Assembly (NCBI GenBank): GCA_052033585.1
Contig: JBPOJM010000007.1
Location: forward strand, 9,187-73,186
Length of the DNA stretch: 64,000 bases
Origin: Patescibacteria group bacterium
GTDB lineage: Bacteria > Patescibacteriota > Patescibacteriia > 2-12-FULL-60-25
Direction of reading: 5' to 3'
Below, one piece after another: positions 52,333 through 62,509 of this stretch (position 1 is the stretch's first letter; each line of letters starts with the position of its first letter). A model generated the notes under the pieces. It had not been told where the DNA came from. It saw only the letters and a list, made by a program, of their open reading frames with translations, and did not search any database. The position numbers and the translations under genes were made by a program.

Positions 52333-54594
52333 ATGGGACGCCGACGAAAACAACCTGTTATTGATCTCACTCTGGATCCCGAAACACGTCGTGGTCTTGC
52401 GGTGGTTGGATTATTTGCCTTCGCAATTATTCTCTTGCTGGGCTATTTCGATTTAGCCGGTTCTTTGGGGCAAGCTTTGGACGAAGGGATCTCTCATGTC
52501 TTTGGGTGGGATAAGATTGTTCTCCCGTTTATTTTTATGGCCTGGGGCTACTCCGTTCTCGCTCCTGACCGTTTTTCGCTCCGTCTCACGAATGCCATTG
52601 GTATTTTTCTCTTTTTTCTCACACTCAATCCGCTTGTTCATGCCGTTAGCTTTGAATCTACGGCCCCAGTCGCAGACACCGCCCTGGCCGTCGCTGGGGG
52701 AAAACTAGGGGAAATGATCGCAAATCCTCTCATCCAGCTCCTTGGCTCCGCCGGAGCCATAACGCTCACCACCGCCGGTCTTATTGTGGCCTTCATTTTA
52801 ATGTTCAATGCCACATTGTCAGAGGTGCTCTTCCTCTTTCGGTGGGTGATAAAGGGATTAGGGATGGTCTATGTCGGTCTTCAGGCCGCTTGGCAGAAAT
52901 GGAGTGATGCACGTGCTCGTCGCGCTCTTGCGATGGCTGAATCCTCGAATCTACCATCAAGTACGATGTCGGTTCCCGCAGAGATGTCTGACACGGTAGC
53001 GGGATCAGAAGACGAAGAGATTGAAGGAGAGGCGGAAGAAGAAGGGGAGGAAGCACAGGATGATTCAGGCGAAGAAGGGGAGGAGGAAGGGGAGTCAGAC
53101 GAGGAGATTTCGATCCCAACAAAACCAAAGAAGCGCTATCCTCGCGTCGAAATACCACTAGAATTATTAGAGCGTCGCGATCAGCGCCCTACTTCTGGCG
53201 ATATTGGTCATAATCGCGAAGTCATTCGCCGTACCCTTGAGACCTTCGGAATTCCTGTCGAGATGGGCGAGGTTTCCGTTGGGCCAACCGTCACCCAGTT
53301 CACGTTCAAGCCCTCTGAGGGTGTGAAATTAGCGCGCATTATTGGTCTGCATAATGATCTTGCCCTGTCACTCGCGGCACACCCTATCCGCATCGAAGCT
53401 CCCATTCCTGGCAAGTCCCTCGTCGGCGTCGAAGTTCCGAATCAATCAGTTGCAACCGTCGGGATTCGAGAAATTATTGATTCCAAGGAATTCCGCGAAC
53501 GCAAAAGTCCCATCACCTTCGTCCTCGGCAAAGATGTATCCGGCAAACCCTGGGTGGCAGATCTTGCACGCATGCCACATTTACTGGTTGCTGGTGCCAC
53601 GGGTTCCGGAAAGTCTGTGTGTTTGAATGCGATCATCATGTCGATTTTGTATACGACGGGCCCTGATGACGTAAAATTTATCATGGTTGATCCAAAACGT
53701 GTTGAGCTCCAAATCTATAACGGCATTCCCCATCTCATCACCCCTGTCATTACCCGAGTTCCAGAAACGGTGAATGCCCTTAAATGGGCATTGCGTGAGA
53801 TGGATCGTCGTTACGACATGCTTGCCAAGTTCGGCGCACGTAACATTATTGATTACAATACACGCGTACAAGAGAAATTACCTTATCTCGTTGTCATTAT
53901 CGATGAGTTAGCTGATCTGATGGTGACCTCAGCTTCCGATATCGAGGGTCCCATTGTCCGTCTCGCACAAATGTCTCGCGCCGTTGGAATTCATCTCATT
54001 CTCGCTACCCAGCGTCCCTCTGTAAATGTCATTACGGGTCTCATCAAGGCGAATGTACCAGGTCGCATCGCCTTCGCAGTCGCCTCGGCGATTGATTCTC
54101 GCACAATTTTAGACCAACAAGGTGCGGAAAAGCTTTTAGGTCGTGGGGATATGCTATTCTCGACCGCGGAAATAGCTACTCCTAAGCGTGTACAAGGCGC
54201 GTTCTTATCTGATTTAGAAATTGGCCGAGTTGTTGAATTTATCAAATCAAAATACGATCCAGCGGATTACGATCTATCCGTCACTGAACGCTCCGGCGCA
54301 GGGGGAACCGTGTTGAATGGAGGGAGTGATGATGATGGAGATAGTGATGAGCTGATACCCGCCGCCAAAGATGAAATCTTACGTGCGGGCAAAGCCTCCG
54401 CTTCTCTTTTGCAACGTCGCCTCAAAGTCGGTTATGCTCGTGCTGCCCGTCTTCTGGATCTCCTTGAGCAAGAAGGGTTTATTGGCCCAGCCGATGGAGC
54501 CAAGCCTCGGGAGATTCTGAAAGCAGATCTCGGCTCCGATGAACCACCGCCAACAGAAGATGAGAATACTTCCCCAGAAACACAGGAGGAGTAA
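52333..54594 (+). CDS. ftsK: DNA translocase FtsK/SpoIIIE
   Basis: 753 aa with N-terminal TM helices, an acidic linker, 'LLVAGATGSGKSVCLN', 'VVIIDELADLM' and a C-terminal gamma winged helix 'ASLLQRRLKVGYARAARLLDLLE'. Confidence 0.95.
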   Translation: MGRRRKQPVIDLTLDPETRRGLAVVGLFAFAIILLLGYFDLAGSLGQALDEGISHVFGWDKIVLPFIFMAWGYSVLAPDRFSLRLTNAIGIFLFFLTLNPLVHAVSFESTAPVADTALAVAGGKLGEMIANPLIQLLGSAGAITLTTAGLIVAFILMFNATLSEVLFLFRWVIKGLGMVYVGLQAAWQKWSDARARRALAMAESSNLPSSTMSVPAEMSDTVAGSEDEEIEGEAEEEGEEAQDDSGEEGEEEGESDEEISIPTKPKKRYPRVEIPLELLERRDQRPTSGDIGHNREVIRRTLETFGIPVEMGEVSVGPTVTQFTFKPSEGVKLARIIGLHNDLALSLAAHPIRIEAPIPGKSLVGVEVPNQSVATVGIREIIDSKEFRERKSPITFVLGKDVSGKPWVADLARMPHLLVAGATGSGKSVCLNAIIMSILYTTGPDDVKFIMVDPKRVELQIYNGIPHLITPVITRVPETVNALKWALREMDRRYDMLAKFGARNIIDYNTRVQEKLPYLVVIIDELADLMVTSASDIEGPIVRLAQMSRAVGIHLILATQRPSVNVITGLIKANVPGRIAFAVASAIDSRTILDQQGAEKLLGRGDMLFSTAEIATPKRVQGAFLSDLEIGRVVEFIKSKYDPADYDLSVTERSGAGGTVLNGGSDDDGDSDELIPAAKDEILRAGKASASLLQRRLKVGYARAARLLDLLEQEGFIGPADGAKPREILKADLGSDEPPPTEDENTSPETQEE

Positions 54595-54617
54595 CAGTGT
54601 GACCATACCCTCTTCCC

Positions 54618-55376
54618 ATGGCCTTCATTCAAAAATCGATCAATACATCCGGACGAATTGGACAAGATTTAGTGGAATGGCGTGAACGCGCGGGGCTCAC
54701 GCGGCTTCAGGCTGCCGCTCAGACTAAAATCAACGAATCACTGATCCGACTCTGGGAAGAAGAGCGCTGGCTAGAGATAGATGATGTCGTCTACGGCGAG
54801 CGCATGCTACGCGCATATGTCACCTTTTTAGGGGGGAGCGTACCCTACACCCTCCAAAAATATCATGAAGGAATAGACGCCAATCGTTTTAAGCGCCGTA
54901 CCGAAGATTTATTGCCACGCACCCGCAAAATCCATCTCACGGACTTTCTTGTCGGTTATAAACTCGTAGCTGCTGCCGGCTTTATCCTCTTCGCCATTGG
55001 TCTTGGAGGCTACGTCTTTCTACAAGGCCATCGTATTTCGAAGCCTCCGACCCTCTCCATTTCCGAACCAAAAGATGGTACGCGTCTAGACGCGCCAAGT
55101 GTCGTCATCCGTGGAAATACCGAGCCAGACGCGAGTGTAAACATAAACGGACGCCAAGCCTATGTTGAGCCAGATGGTGCTTTCCAATTCTCTTTAGATA
55201 TTCCACGTGGCACTACCCTCGTTGTTGTCCACGCGCGCAAACGCTACGGCCGTGAAACCACCGATGTCCGCCGCGTAGTCTACGATAGTCCTTTACCGGT
55301 TTGGAATGAGCGTTCACAAGGAGCGAGTTCTACCCCCGACGTTCCAATAGCGCCTACAAGCAGCATGCCCAAGTAA
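54618..55376 (+). CDS. HTH-domain membrane protein (RodZ-like architecture)
   Basis: N-terminal XRE-type HTH 'LVEWRERAGLTRLQAAAQTKI', a single TM segment and an extracytoplasmic beta-rich C-terminus. Confidence 0.5.
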   Translation: MAFIQKSINTSGRIGQDLVEWRERAGLTRLQAAAQTKINESLIRLWEEERWLEIDDVVYGERMLRAYVTFLGGSVPYTLQKYHEGIDANRFKRRTEDLLPRTRKIHLTDFLVGYKLVAAAGFILFAIGLGGYVFLQGHRISKPPTLSISEPKDGTRLDAPSVVIRGNTEPDASVNINGRQAYVEPDGAFQFSLDIPRGTTLVVVHARKRYGRETTDVRRVVYDSPLPVWNERSQGASSTPDVPIAPTSSMPK

Positions 55377-55650
55377 CCTGCAACAACTACCCGTCTCTCA
55401 CCTCTTCGTCAGCCGGCGACCTCCACTCGGGTGATTCCTAAAAAACCATCTGCCCCTTCCCCAACCTCCACACAGCTTTTGCCATAAAACAAAAAAACCT
55501 CCCCCAACGCCCGCAAAACATCGCCAGTGAATAAGAGTCTCCAAACGTTGGGAGGAGAGAGTTTGCGGAGTGCCACAAACGCACCAATGTTAGGAAATAG
55601 TCACTGCGAGCTTTGCGGAAGTTGAGGGAGGTACTTCCTATAATAACCAA

Positions 55651-56103
55651 TTAGACAAGTTCGTCAACCTTTTTATTGCGGTAGGTAAAGAGAAGACCGA
55701 GCCCAGCTGCAATCGTAACATCGGCTACATTAAAAGCAGAGCGTCCAAACGCTAAGATCCAATCCCGCACATATCCGAACACGACCCGATCGTAACCATT
55801 CCCCAGAGCGCCACCAATGAGAAGTCCAAGCCCGACTGCGAGCGGCCATGACCAAAGCTTTTGAGCAAATAAAACGACCACCGTGACGAGTACAATTCCG
55901 GATACAGCCACAATCAACCATGTTGGCGCGGGGAGGTTAAAGATGAGTCCGAAATTACGATGATGGACTGTTTGCAGGAGCGGGGCGAAGCTCGTCCACA
56001 TGATCTCACGACCAAACCAAAATCCTTTGCTCCATAGATCCAAAATCACGACCCCAAAGGCCGTGATGGTGCAAAGACAAATGTTCTGGATCAAACGACG
56101 CAT
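55651..56103 (-). CDS. lspA: lipoprotein signal peptidase II
   Basis: 'NFGLIFNL', 'GGALGNGYDRVVFGYVRDW' and 'FNVADVTIAAG'. Confidence 0.9.
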   Translation of the reverse strand: MRRLIQNICLCTITAFGVVILDLWSKGFWFGREIMWTSFAPLLQTVHHRNFGLIFNLPAPTWLIVAVSGIVLVTVVVLFAQKLWSWPLAVGLGLLIGGALGNGYDRVVFGYVRDWILAFGRSAFNVADVTIAAGLGLLFTYRNKKVDELV

Positions 56104-56135
56104 AAAAACGCCTCTTTATACGCTCTTTAGGGGGC

Positions 56136-56498
56136 TTATATCTCTTGCGTCAAGCTCTTTTTGCAATCAATACAGCTTGAAGAGGTTGGGCGGGCTTCCA
56201 ATCGTTTGAGATCGATATCTTTTTTGCAATAACGACAAATACCATAGGTGCCCTTTGTCACGGCTTCCAACGCTTTAAGAGTGTCTTTAAGCTCACTACG
56301 CAAACGATCGGCAAGCGAAACCTCGTCCGCATACTCGGTAATTTCTGCGGCGTTGTCGTCTTCTGAATTTCCTCCTGTTTCCGGGTACGCCACTTCATCA
56401 GTTTTTGATGCACCAAACGCTTCCAGCTCTTTTTCCAAGCGGATTTTTTCTTGCTCGAGCAAGCCTTTCATTTCATTCAAGGCAGTAGAGGACAACAT
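56136..56498 (-). CDS. DksA/TraR-family C4 zinc-finger protein
   Basis: The C-terminal 120 aa of track ORF 56136..56963 form a coiled-coil N-terminus followed by 'CRYCKKDI...SSCIDCK'. The upstream 155 codons of the track ORF are not protein-like. Confidence 0.78.
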   Translation of the reverse strand: MLSSTALNEMKGLLEQEKIRLEKELEAFGASKTDEVAYPETGGNSEDDNAAEITEYADEVSLADRLRSELKDTLKALEAVTKGTYGICRYCKKDIDLKRLEARPTSSSCIDCKKSLTQEI

Positions 56499-57340
56499 AT
56501 ATTTATCAAAGGATATCGGAAAAATATGAAAAAAGCAATAGAGGAGTTTGGATCCAAAATAGAAAAAAGTGTAAAAAGAATAGAGCCGCTCGCAGGCTCT
56601 CAATTTCTTGAGGGGCGCGAACGGCTCCGCAGGGTCATTTGGATTTGATCCGATCTCGTTCTGCGCAGAAGGGCGCAAACGATAGGGATACATCCTGAGA
56701 CCACGATAGGGCTGCTCCGTCCACTGTCCCGCCGCGGTCGCCGAGGTGCATAGTACGTCAGAGACGTCTAACGCGGTTACGGCCCGCTTGCTGTTAGTTT
56801 TTGTATTGATTTTCCGCACTCGCAGAGGTGATGCGACGAGAAGGTTCATCACATCGCTTCTGCGAATGCTAAATACAACGGGAAAGTTAACGGATTGATC
56901 GGTTTCCGTCGAAGACAGAAACCAGTCTTTCTTGGCAGTAAAAAGAGCGTGGGAGATAATCACTCGTGGTTCACGAGTTCCAACGGATAGATCCTTCCAT
57001 CAAGCACGGCTGTGTTTGATCGACGAATATATCAGTTCTGAGAGAGGTTGGACATACCTTCCTCTTAACAAGGTGCGAAAAAGAACAACGAACATAACTC
57101 CTAACACATGTGACTGAACTCACGAACACTTTCTAACAAAGAACGAAACCCACATGGAAAGAACGAAAGCCATCGCCTACGATGACTGTGAGGTCTGCTG
57201 CTCAGAACCTTACACACACATAATACAATATTTTTTCCTTCTGATCAAACCTCGCTTGTGGATAGCTCAATATTTTATTACAACCCAGCCCCAGAATATC
57301 TTTCTCCACACCCTGTGGAAAAGAAATATTTTTTTATCAC

Positions 57341-58504
57341 TTACCATTCTTTGCATAAAATCATGTTGCCGTCCTCGTCTTCCCCTAACTGCCAACCGGT
57401 AATCGACGAGACGTCAAACACAAGCCCGATTCCCTGCACGAGTTTTTGTAAGGCGCGTGCCGAAACTCTGCCGACAACGGGCTGTTTACCGCAGGCGGGC
57501 GTCATCACAGAAAATGGCTCCGTGCTACTTCCATAGCGAATGTCACGGTCTTCGATAAAAAGAAGTTCTCCGGTACGTAAGCGAACAGGAGAGGCCATGT
57601 CTCCATCTCCACTAGTAAGCTCCGTTGCAAGCGTTCCATCCGCAAGTTGAATCACGCGCTTGGTTGTCACTCCAAAACCGGCTAACACCGCCTTCACTCG
57701 TTCTTTAGATACCGGTTCACTCTGCACGAGTTGGATGGAGTGCGGCGCTCCTGCCGCTCCAAACATGAAATGAGCTTCTTGTACATCCGGCAGAACCGCA
57801 AACTGAGGGATGGGCAGCTCCCGCAAAAGTTCATCACGCGTAATCCCACTAAGCTCAGACAAGTTGACGCTTATGTCAGCCATGCGCGGCATGAATCCGT
57901 GCACACGATGTTCAAACGGCAAAGAGGTTCGCACAGTATTCTTGTCATAAGTAAACGTGGCAACCGTAGAGGAAGTGCTGACATCGCCAAGGGCGAAAGA
58001 TCCGCTTGCCTGCTGGAGAGGGTGACGAAGCCACGTTTTTATCCCATCGAGATAACGGATCGTTCCAGCTTCTCCCGTCGGCATCTGGTCATACAAAATG
58101 CGACCTAGTCCCGCTTGTGCTTGGGGAAGTCCGGCTGATCCTCCCACCCATCTTGGCATAATAGCGAACCAGGTCCATCCATTCGGTCCCAAGCCTCCTC
58201 CCAAAACAACCGGCCAATGCGACCCGCTCTTGAGGGCGATGCGCCATGGTCCGGGCAACTGATCCTGAATCCTCGCAGGAACTTCTTCTTGTGCTGCGAA
58301 TGGACGGGTAACGATGGTGAGTGTCTGTGCACTCATCACGAACGATCGCGACAAACCCCACCAAAAAACACCCCCAAGAATTATGATACTGACCGCAACC
58401 AACGCCCAAACGAGGACACGTCGATACGCAAAACCAGGCGCCGTCCCATAGGCGAGGATCGTCGAATCTTTTGGAGTCTCAACCGTGATAAAAGATTGTT
58501 CCAC
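57341..58504 (-). CDS. hypothetical membrane-anchored protein
   Basis: 387 aa with a single N-terminal TM segment ('VLVWALVAVSIIILGGVFWW'). I recognise no motif. Confidence 0.55.
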   Translation of the reverse strand: MEQSFITVETPKDSTILAYGTAPGFAYRRVLVWALVAVSIIILGGVFWWGLSRSFVMSAQTLTIVTRPFAAQEEVPARIQDQLPGPWRIALKSGSHWPVVLGGGLGPNGWTWFAIMPRWVGGSAGLPQAQAGLGRILYDQMPTGEAGTIRYLDGIKTWLRHPLQQASGSFALGDVSTSSTVATFTYDKNTVRTSLPFEHRVHGFMPRMADISVNLSELSGITRDELLRELPIPQFAVLPDVQEAHFMFGAAGAPHSIQLVQSEPVSKERVKAVLAGFGVTTKRVIQLADGTLATELTSGDGDMASPVRLRTGELLFIEDRDIRYGSSTEPFSVMTPACGKQPVVGRVSARALQKLVQGIGLVFDVSSITGWQLGEDEDGNMILCKEW

Positions 58505-58610
58505 AACGCAAACACAATAACGGATTTTTATTCTTCTAACCAGCGATGGGTAAGCTATCTTTCCTATCCGAAGTCGTCAAATCTGGTAGCGCTGACGATC
58601 TTTGGCTGTT

Positions 58611-60089
58611 TTATTTAATATACTTCAAAGGATTTTGGCGCTTACCATTCAAATAGACTTCGTAGTGGAGGTGTGTACCCGTTGAGCGTCCGGTCGTACC
58701 CACCATCGCAATCACCTGCCCTTTCTTTACCCGATCACCAGCTTTGACAAACATCTTTGAAGCATGAGCATAGCGCGTCTTCATCCCGTTTTGATGATCA
58801 ATAAAAATCATAAGGCCGTACCCTCCACTATTCCAGCCAGCGGTTTCCACGACGCCATCGGCAGACGCATAGATGGCATCGACATAATCTCCATCAAGAT
58901 CAACACCTGTGTGGTTCCAGCCGTAATATTGTGTAATGGAGTGCTGAGTGGTTGGCCAAAGAAGTTTGGTAAGAGGAGCGGTGTTCACATTAATGTCTGC
59001 GGGCTTCGTCCGGGTATCTCCGCGCACATCAATTAATTCCTGATATTTATCAAGAGATTTATTTTTTATATTCGTTGTAGGAATGTTGGGACGCACGGCC
59101 GTATTCAACGGTCGTGTCACCACAACGACGGGAGACACGCCATCTGGAATAACGATTTCTTCCCCGGGGGTAAGAGCACGGTCGGCAAGATTGTTTATGG
59201 TAATAATTTTATCCGCCTCGGCTCTATAAGTCTGCGCCAACTTTGTAACCGTATCGCCCTTTTTTACGACATGGAGTACTCCCGAGGTAGCAGGGATCTT
59301 AAGGGTGTCTCCGGGTCTGATGGAGGCTTGTTTTGTTAGACGGTTTGCACTAATGATGGTTTCAATCGTAATCCCAAACCGGCGCGCAATCGTTCCCACC
59401 ACATCGCCTTCACGCACTGTATACAGTTCCGTTTGTGTGCGCTGGACAATGACGTCTGGCTGGGTCGATGCGCCGTCGGGAGAAGAGGGGAGACCTGGTT
59501 GCTGAGCAATGCTCCCCGGTACGGTCAAATCAGCCGCAATACCGGGTTCATAATCGAAATCAATATCAGGCACCGCCTCAATGGTGTCATCTCCGAAATA
59601 GCTCACGCGCGGAGCGGGAGCATCTAGATAAATCTCTTCTTGGATAACCTCATCTTGTCCTTCGCTCACGAGCGCATACAAAATACTCCCTTGCCCAGGA
59701 TCGTGTGCTGTCGCATCGCGTCCTTGGAATTGGGAGAAGACGGTAAAAAGAACGATTCCTAGCAAGACCGCATGCAAAACGTATTTATTGGTAAATAGGA
59801 GGAAGAAAAAACCACGCGCCGAGGTCATGACGCTCGCCATCCGCAACCGCCCAAGCAGAACGGTTTTATAGAAAGGCAGAACAATCCAACGCAGCATGAT
59901 TCCAGACAGTGGCTGCAAGACGGGTAACAAAAACAACCAAATTTTTCCCAAAATTCGTCCAAGAAGCTGGAGGAGACGTAGCCCTGCCAGCAAAACTCTC
60001 GCGACCATTGTTTTAAGGGGAGTAGGAATAGAGATGATAAGGATAAAAAGGCCAACCTCCCACAACCACCAGATCCCCAAGTAGTCCAT
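58611..60089 (-). CDS. LysM-domain M23 family metallopeptidase
   Basis: Two LysM repeats ('YTVREGDVVGTIARRFG', 'HVVKKGDTVTKLAQTY') and the M23 motifs 'HTGVDL' and 'GRSTGTHLHYEV'. Confidence 0.92.
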   Translation of the reverse strand: MDYLGIWWLWEVGLFILIISIPTPLKTMVARVLLAGLRLLQLLGRILGKIWLFLLPVLQPLSGIMLRWIVLPFYKTVLLGRLRMASVMTSARGFFFLLFTNKYVLHAVLLGIVLFTVFSQFQGRDATAHDPGQGSILYALVSEGQDEVIQEEIYLDAPAPRVSYFGDDTIEAVPDIDFDYEPGIAADLTVPGSIAQQPGLPSSPDGASTQPDVIVQRTQTELYTVREGDVVGTIARRFGITIETIISANRLTKQASIRPGDTLKIPATSGVLHVVKKGDTVTKLAQTYRAEADKIITINNLADRALTPGEEIVIPDGVSPVVVVTRPLNTAVRPNIPTTNIKNKSLDKYQELIDVRGDTRTKPADINVNTAPLTKLLWPTTQHSITQYYGWNHTGVDLDGDYVDAIYASADGVVETAGWNSGGYGLMIFIDHQNGMKTRYAHASKMFVKAGDRVKKGQVIAMVGTTGRSTGTHLHYEVYLNGKRQNPLKYIK

Positions 60090-60164
60090 CCACCATAACG
60101 TTCCTCTCCGCCTCCGTCAACCAGAAAATCAATAAAAGAGGCTAAGATAAAAGAAAAACATTCC

Positions 60165-61682
60165 CTACACATGTTCCTGCTGGCGGTACTGAAGCGCCTC
60201 CGCCATATGAGCCGTCTCTATCTGCGCCGCCCCAGCCAAATCTGCAATGGTCTGTGCAACCTTTATCGTACGAAAATACGCACGCGCTGATAACTTAAAC
60301 CGATCCGTCGCATGACGGAGCAATGTCTTGGCTTCCGGGAGGATGGTAAGAAGGGAGCGGACCTGATGGCTCCCAAGTTCACTATTCGCCGTTAACCCAG
60401 CTGCACCATAGCGCTCCAACTGTCGTTGCCGCGCCGCTTCCACGCGGGCGCGGATCGCGCCACTCGATTCCGCGAGTGCAACATCCGAAAGCTCTTGCGT
60501 TTTTACCTTTGGCACCTCCAAAAACAAATCAATCCGATCCAAAAGCGGTCCACTCAAGCGCTTGCGATACTTATTAATCTGAATCGGTGTACATTCGCAG
60601 CGTCGATCCGTATCTGTCATAAACCCACACGGGCAAGGATTAAGCGCCCCCACAAACATCATTCGCGCCGGAAAATGCAAACTCCCTTGCGCGCGACTGA
60701 CGGTCACCGTTCCATCTTCCAAGGGCTGTCGTAAACTCTCAAGTACGGTCCGTGGAAACTCCAACATTTCATCTAAAAACAGGACGCCACGATGCGCGAG
60801 CGAAATCTCTCCCGGTCGTGGCATCGCACCACCTCCAATCAACGACACCATGCTCGCACTATGGTGCGGCGCACGAAACGGCCGCTCAATCATAAGTCCA
60901 CGCTTTGGCAAAATTCCGGCAATCGAATGAATGCGTGTCACGTCGAGCGCTTCCTCCAAGGTCATGTTCGGCAAGATCGAAGGAAAGCTCCTCGCGAGCA
61001 ACGTCTTCCCCGATCCAGGCGGTCCCTGCATCACCAGGTTGTGCGCGCCCGCCGCCGCAATCTCAAGTGCCCGTCGCGCCTGGGCTTGTCCACGAATCGC
61101 GGCAAAGTCATACGCATACGTTGTATGACGATCTAGGCACGGTGCTTGCCACGGTTCTTCTGGGAGCGGCTCGCGCCCGAGTAAATGCTCCATGATCTGT
61201 CGCAATGTCGCGGCCCGCCGCACCTTCACCGGTTCCCCAATCAAGGCCGCCTCCGCCGCGTTCTCGGCGGGGACAATTAGCTCCTCAATCCCTTCTCGCT
61301 TCGCGAGCGCGGCCACCGCCAATACACCATGAATTGGCCGCACCGATCCATCCAATCCCAACTCTCCCACCACCATCACTTTCGGTAGATGTGCCGGTAA
61401 ATCTCCCTGCGCCACCATAATCGCGAGCGCCATCGCCACATCAAACGGCGTCCCACTCTTCTTCACATCCGCCGGCGCCAAATTCACCGCTACCCGCGTG
61501 CGCGGAAACAACACCTCACTTTGTTTGAGTGCGCTGCGCACCCGCTCCCGCGCCTCCTGCACCGCCGCATCCGGCAACCCCACCACAATAAAGGCAGACA
61601 ACCCAGATGTAATATCCGCCTCCACCCGCACCGGATACGCATCTAGCCCCACAATCGAAGCCGTCAAAATCGAATCAGACAT
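60165..61682 (-). CDS. YifB/ComM family Mg-chelatase-like AAA+ ATPase
   Basis: 505 aa with a Lon-like N-terminus, 'LVMQGPPGSGKTLLAR', 'GVLFLDEMLEF' and 'MFVGALNPCPCG'. Confidence 0.93.
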   Translation of the reverse strand: MSDSILTASIVGLDAYPVRVEADITSGLSAFIVVGLPDAAVQEARERVRSALKQSEVLFPRTRVAVNLAPADVKKSGTPFDVAMALAIMVAQGDLPAHLPKVMVVGELGLDGSVRPIHGVLAVAALAKREGIEELIVPAENAAEAALIGEPVKVRRAATLRQIMEHLLGREPLPEEPWQAPCLDRHTTYAYDFAAIRGQAQARRALEIAAAGAHNLVMQGPPGSGKTLLARSFPSILPNMTLEEALDVTRIHSIAGILPKRGLMIERPFRAPHHSASMVSLIGGGAMPRPGEISLAHRGVLFLDEMLEFPRTVLESLRQPLEDGTVTVSRAQGSLHFPARMMFVGALNPCPCGFMTDTDRRCECTPIQINKYRKRLSGPLLDRIDLFLEVPKVKTQELSDVALAESSGAIRARVEAARQRQLERYGAAGLTANSELGSHQVRSLLTILPEAKTLLRHATDRFKLSARAYFRTIKVAQTIADLAGAAQIETAHMAEALQYRQQEHV

Positions 61683-61763
61683 ATCTCACCCCGTTCCATA
61701 GATAGGAGGAGTTGTCAAGACGTTGATAGGGAGAGAAGATATGTGTTAGGGTAAAAACAACCT

Positions 61764-61934
61764 ATGTCCATTGCTCGCGAAAAAACACGACCAAAAACAG
61801 TCGTCAAAAAAAGCACTTCTTCTGCCACGAGCTATTGGGAAAAGATTCGCGGACTCTGGAAAACGAATCCGGTAAATGGTCTCGTCTACCAAAAAAAGAT
61901 CCGTTCCCAATCGGACCAACGGCTAAAAATATGA
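61764..61934 (+). CDS. VapB-like antitoxin (small, basic)
   Basis: My translation is MSIAREKTRPKTVVKKSTSSATSYWEKIRGLWKTNPVNGLVYQKKIRSQSDQRLKI. Its stop overlaps the PIN gene start (ATGA). Confidence 0.6.
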   Translation: MSIAREKTRPKTVVKKSTSSATSYWEKIRGLWKTNPVNGLVYQKKIRSQSDQRLKI

Positions 61935-62299
61935 TCGTACTCGATACGAATATTTTAATCGCCTACCTTAAAGGAGAAAAAACTGTAACGGACTTTATCG
62001 ACTTGGCTCGTCTGCAAGAAGAGCGTTTTTGTGTTTCCGCGGTGAGTGCTGTTGAACTTCTCGCATTTCCAAAATTACCACCAAGCCAAGGCCTCCTCAT
62101 AAGAAAATGGCTACAAGAAAATATGTTGATAGTTGACCTAAATACGTCACTCGCCCTTGAGGCGGCAGAGGTATGTCGCGCCTATCGTTTAAAAACAGCC
62201 GACGGAATCATCGCTGCCACAGCTCTTAGCCTACGCGCTTCACTCATGACACGCGACAAAGATTTTCGACGGGTAAAAGGATTGAAAATAATTCAGTAG
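61931..62299 (+). CDS. vapC: PIN-domain toxin (VapC-like)
   Basis: Inside track ORF 61835..62299. 'MIVLDTNILIAYL', '...SAVSAVELL...', 'ADGIIAATAL' and 'LMTRDKDF' carry the PIN acidic residues. Confidence 0.85.
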   Translation: MIVLDTNILIAYLKGEKTVTDFIDLARLQEERFCVSAVSAVELLAFPKLPPSQGLLIRKWLQENMLIVDLNTSLALEAAEVCRAYRLKTADGIIAATALSLRASLMTRDKDFRRVKGLKIIQ

Positions 62300-62427
62300 C
62301 AAGGAGCGTTTAGCTAAAACGTCAAAACCCCGCGCCAGGTCGTACACGTTTCAGTGTGTACACCCAGCGCGAGGCCAGTCAGTTCCGAGTGAGAAGATGC
62401 AGCTCAGGATTAGCTCTGTGCAGCGTT

Positions 62428-62509
62428 CTCCCCTTCACATTCCTCTTTCGAGAAACACGCAGGGGGGAGAAGGACAGTCAAACGGACACGTCCTTGTCAG
62501 AGGTGGGGG
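62428..62509 (-). promoter_or_regulatory. cassette leader copy L1 (no intact ORF follows)
   Basis: The minus strand reads ...ctgacaaggacgtgtccgtttgactgtccttctcccccctgcgtgtttctcgaaagaggaatgtgaaggggagaa. It is homologous to L2 and L3 and starts right after the stop of the 62510 gene. Confidence 0.6.

Noticed and set aside
56499-57340. Identification as tmRNA, RNase P RNA or SRP RNA.
   Set aside because: I found no tRNA-like 3' end with matching acceptor strands. There is no GAGGAAAGUCC...ACAGAAnCCGGCUUA pair at proper spacing, since the two look-alikes are only about 35 nt apart. There is no GGAAGCAGCC-type SRP motif. The region is left as unassigned.
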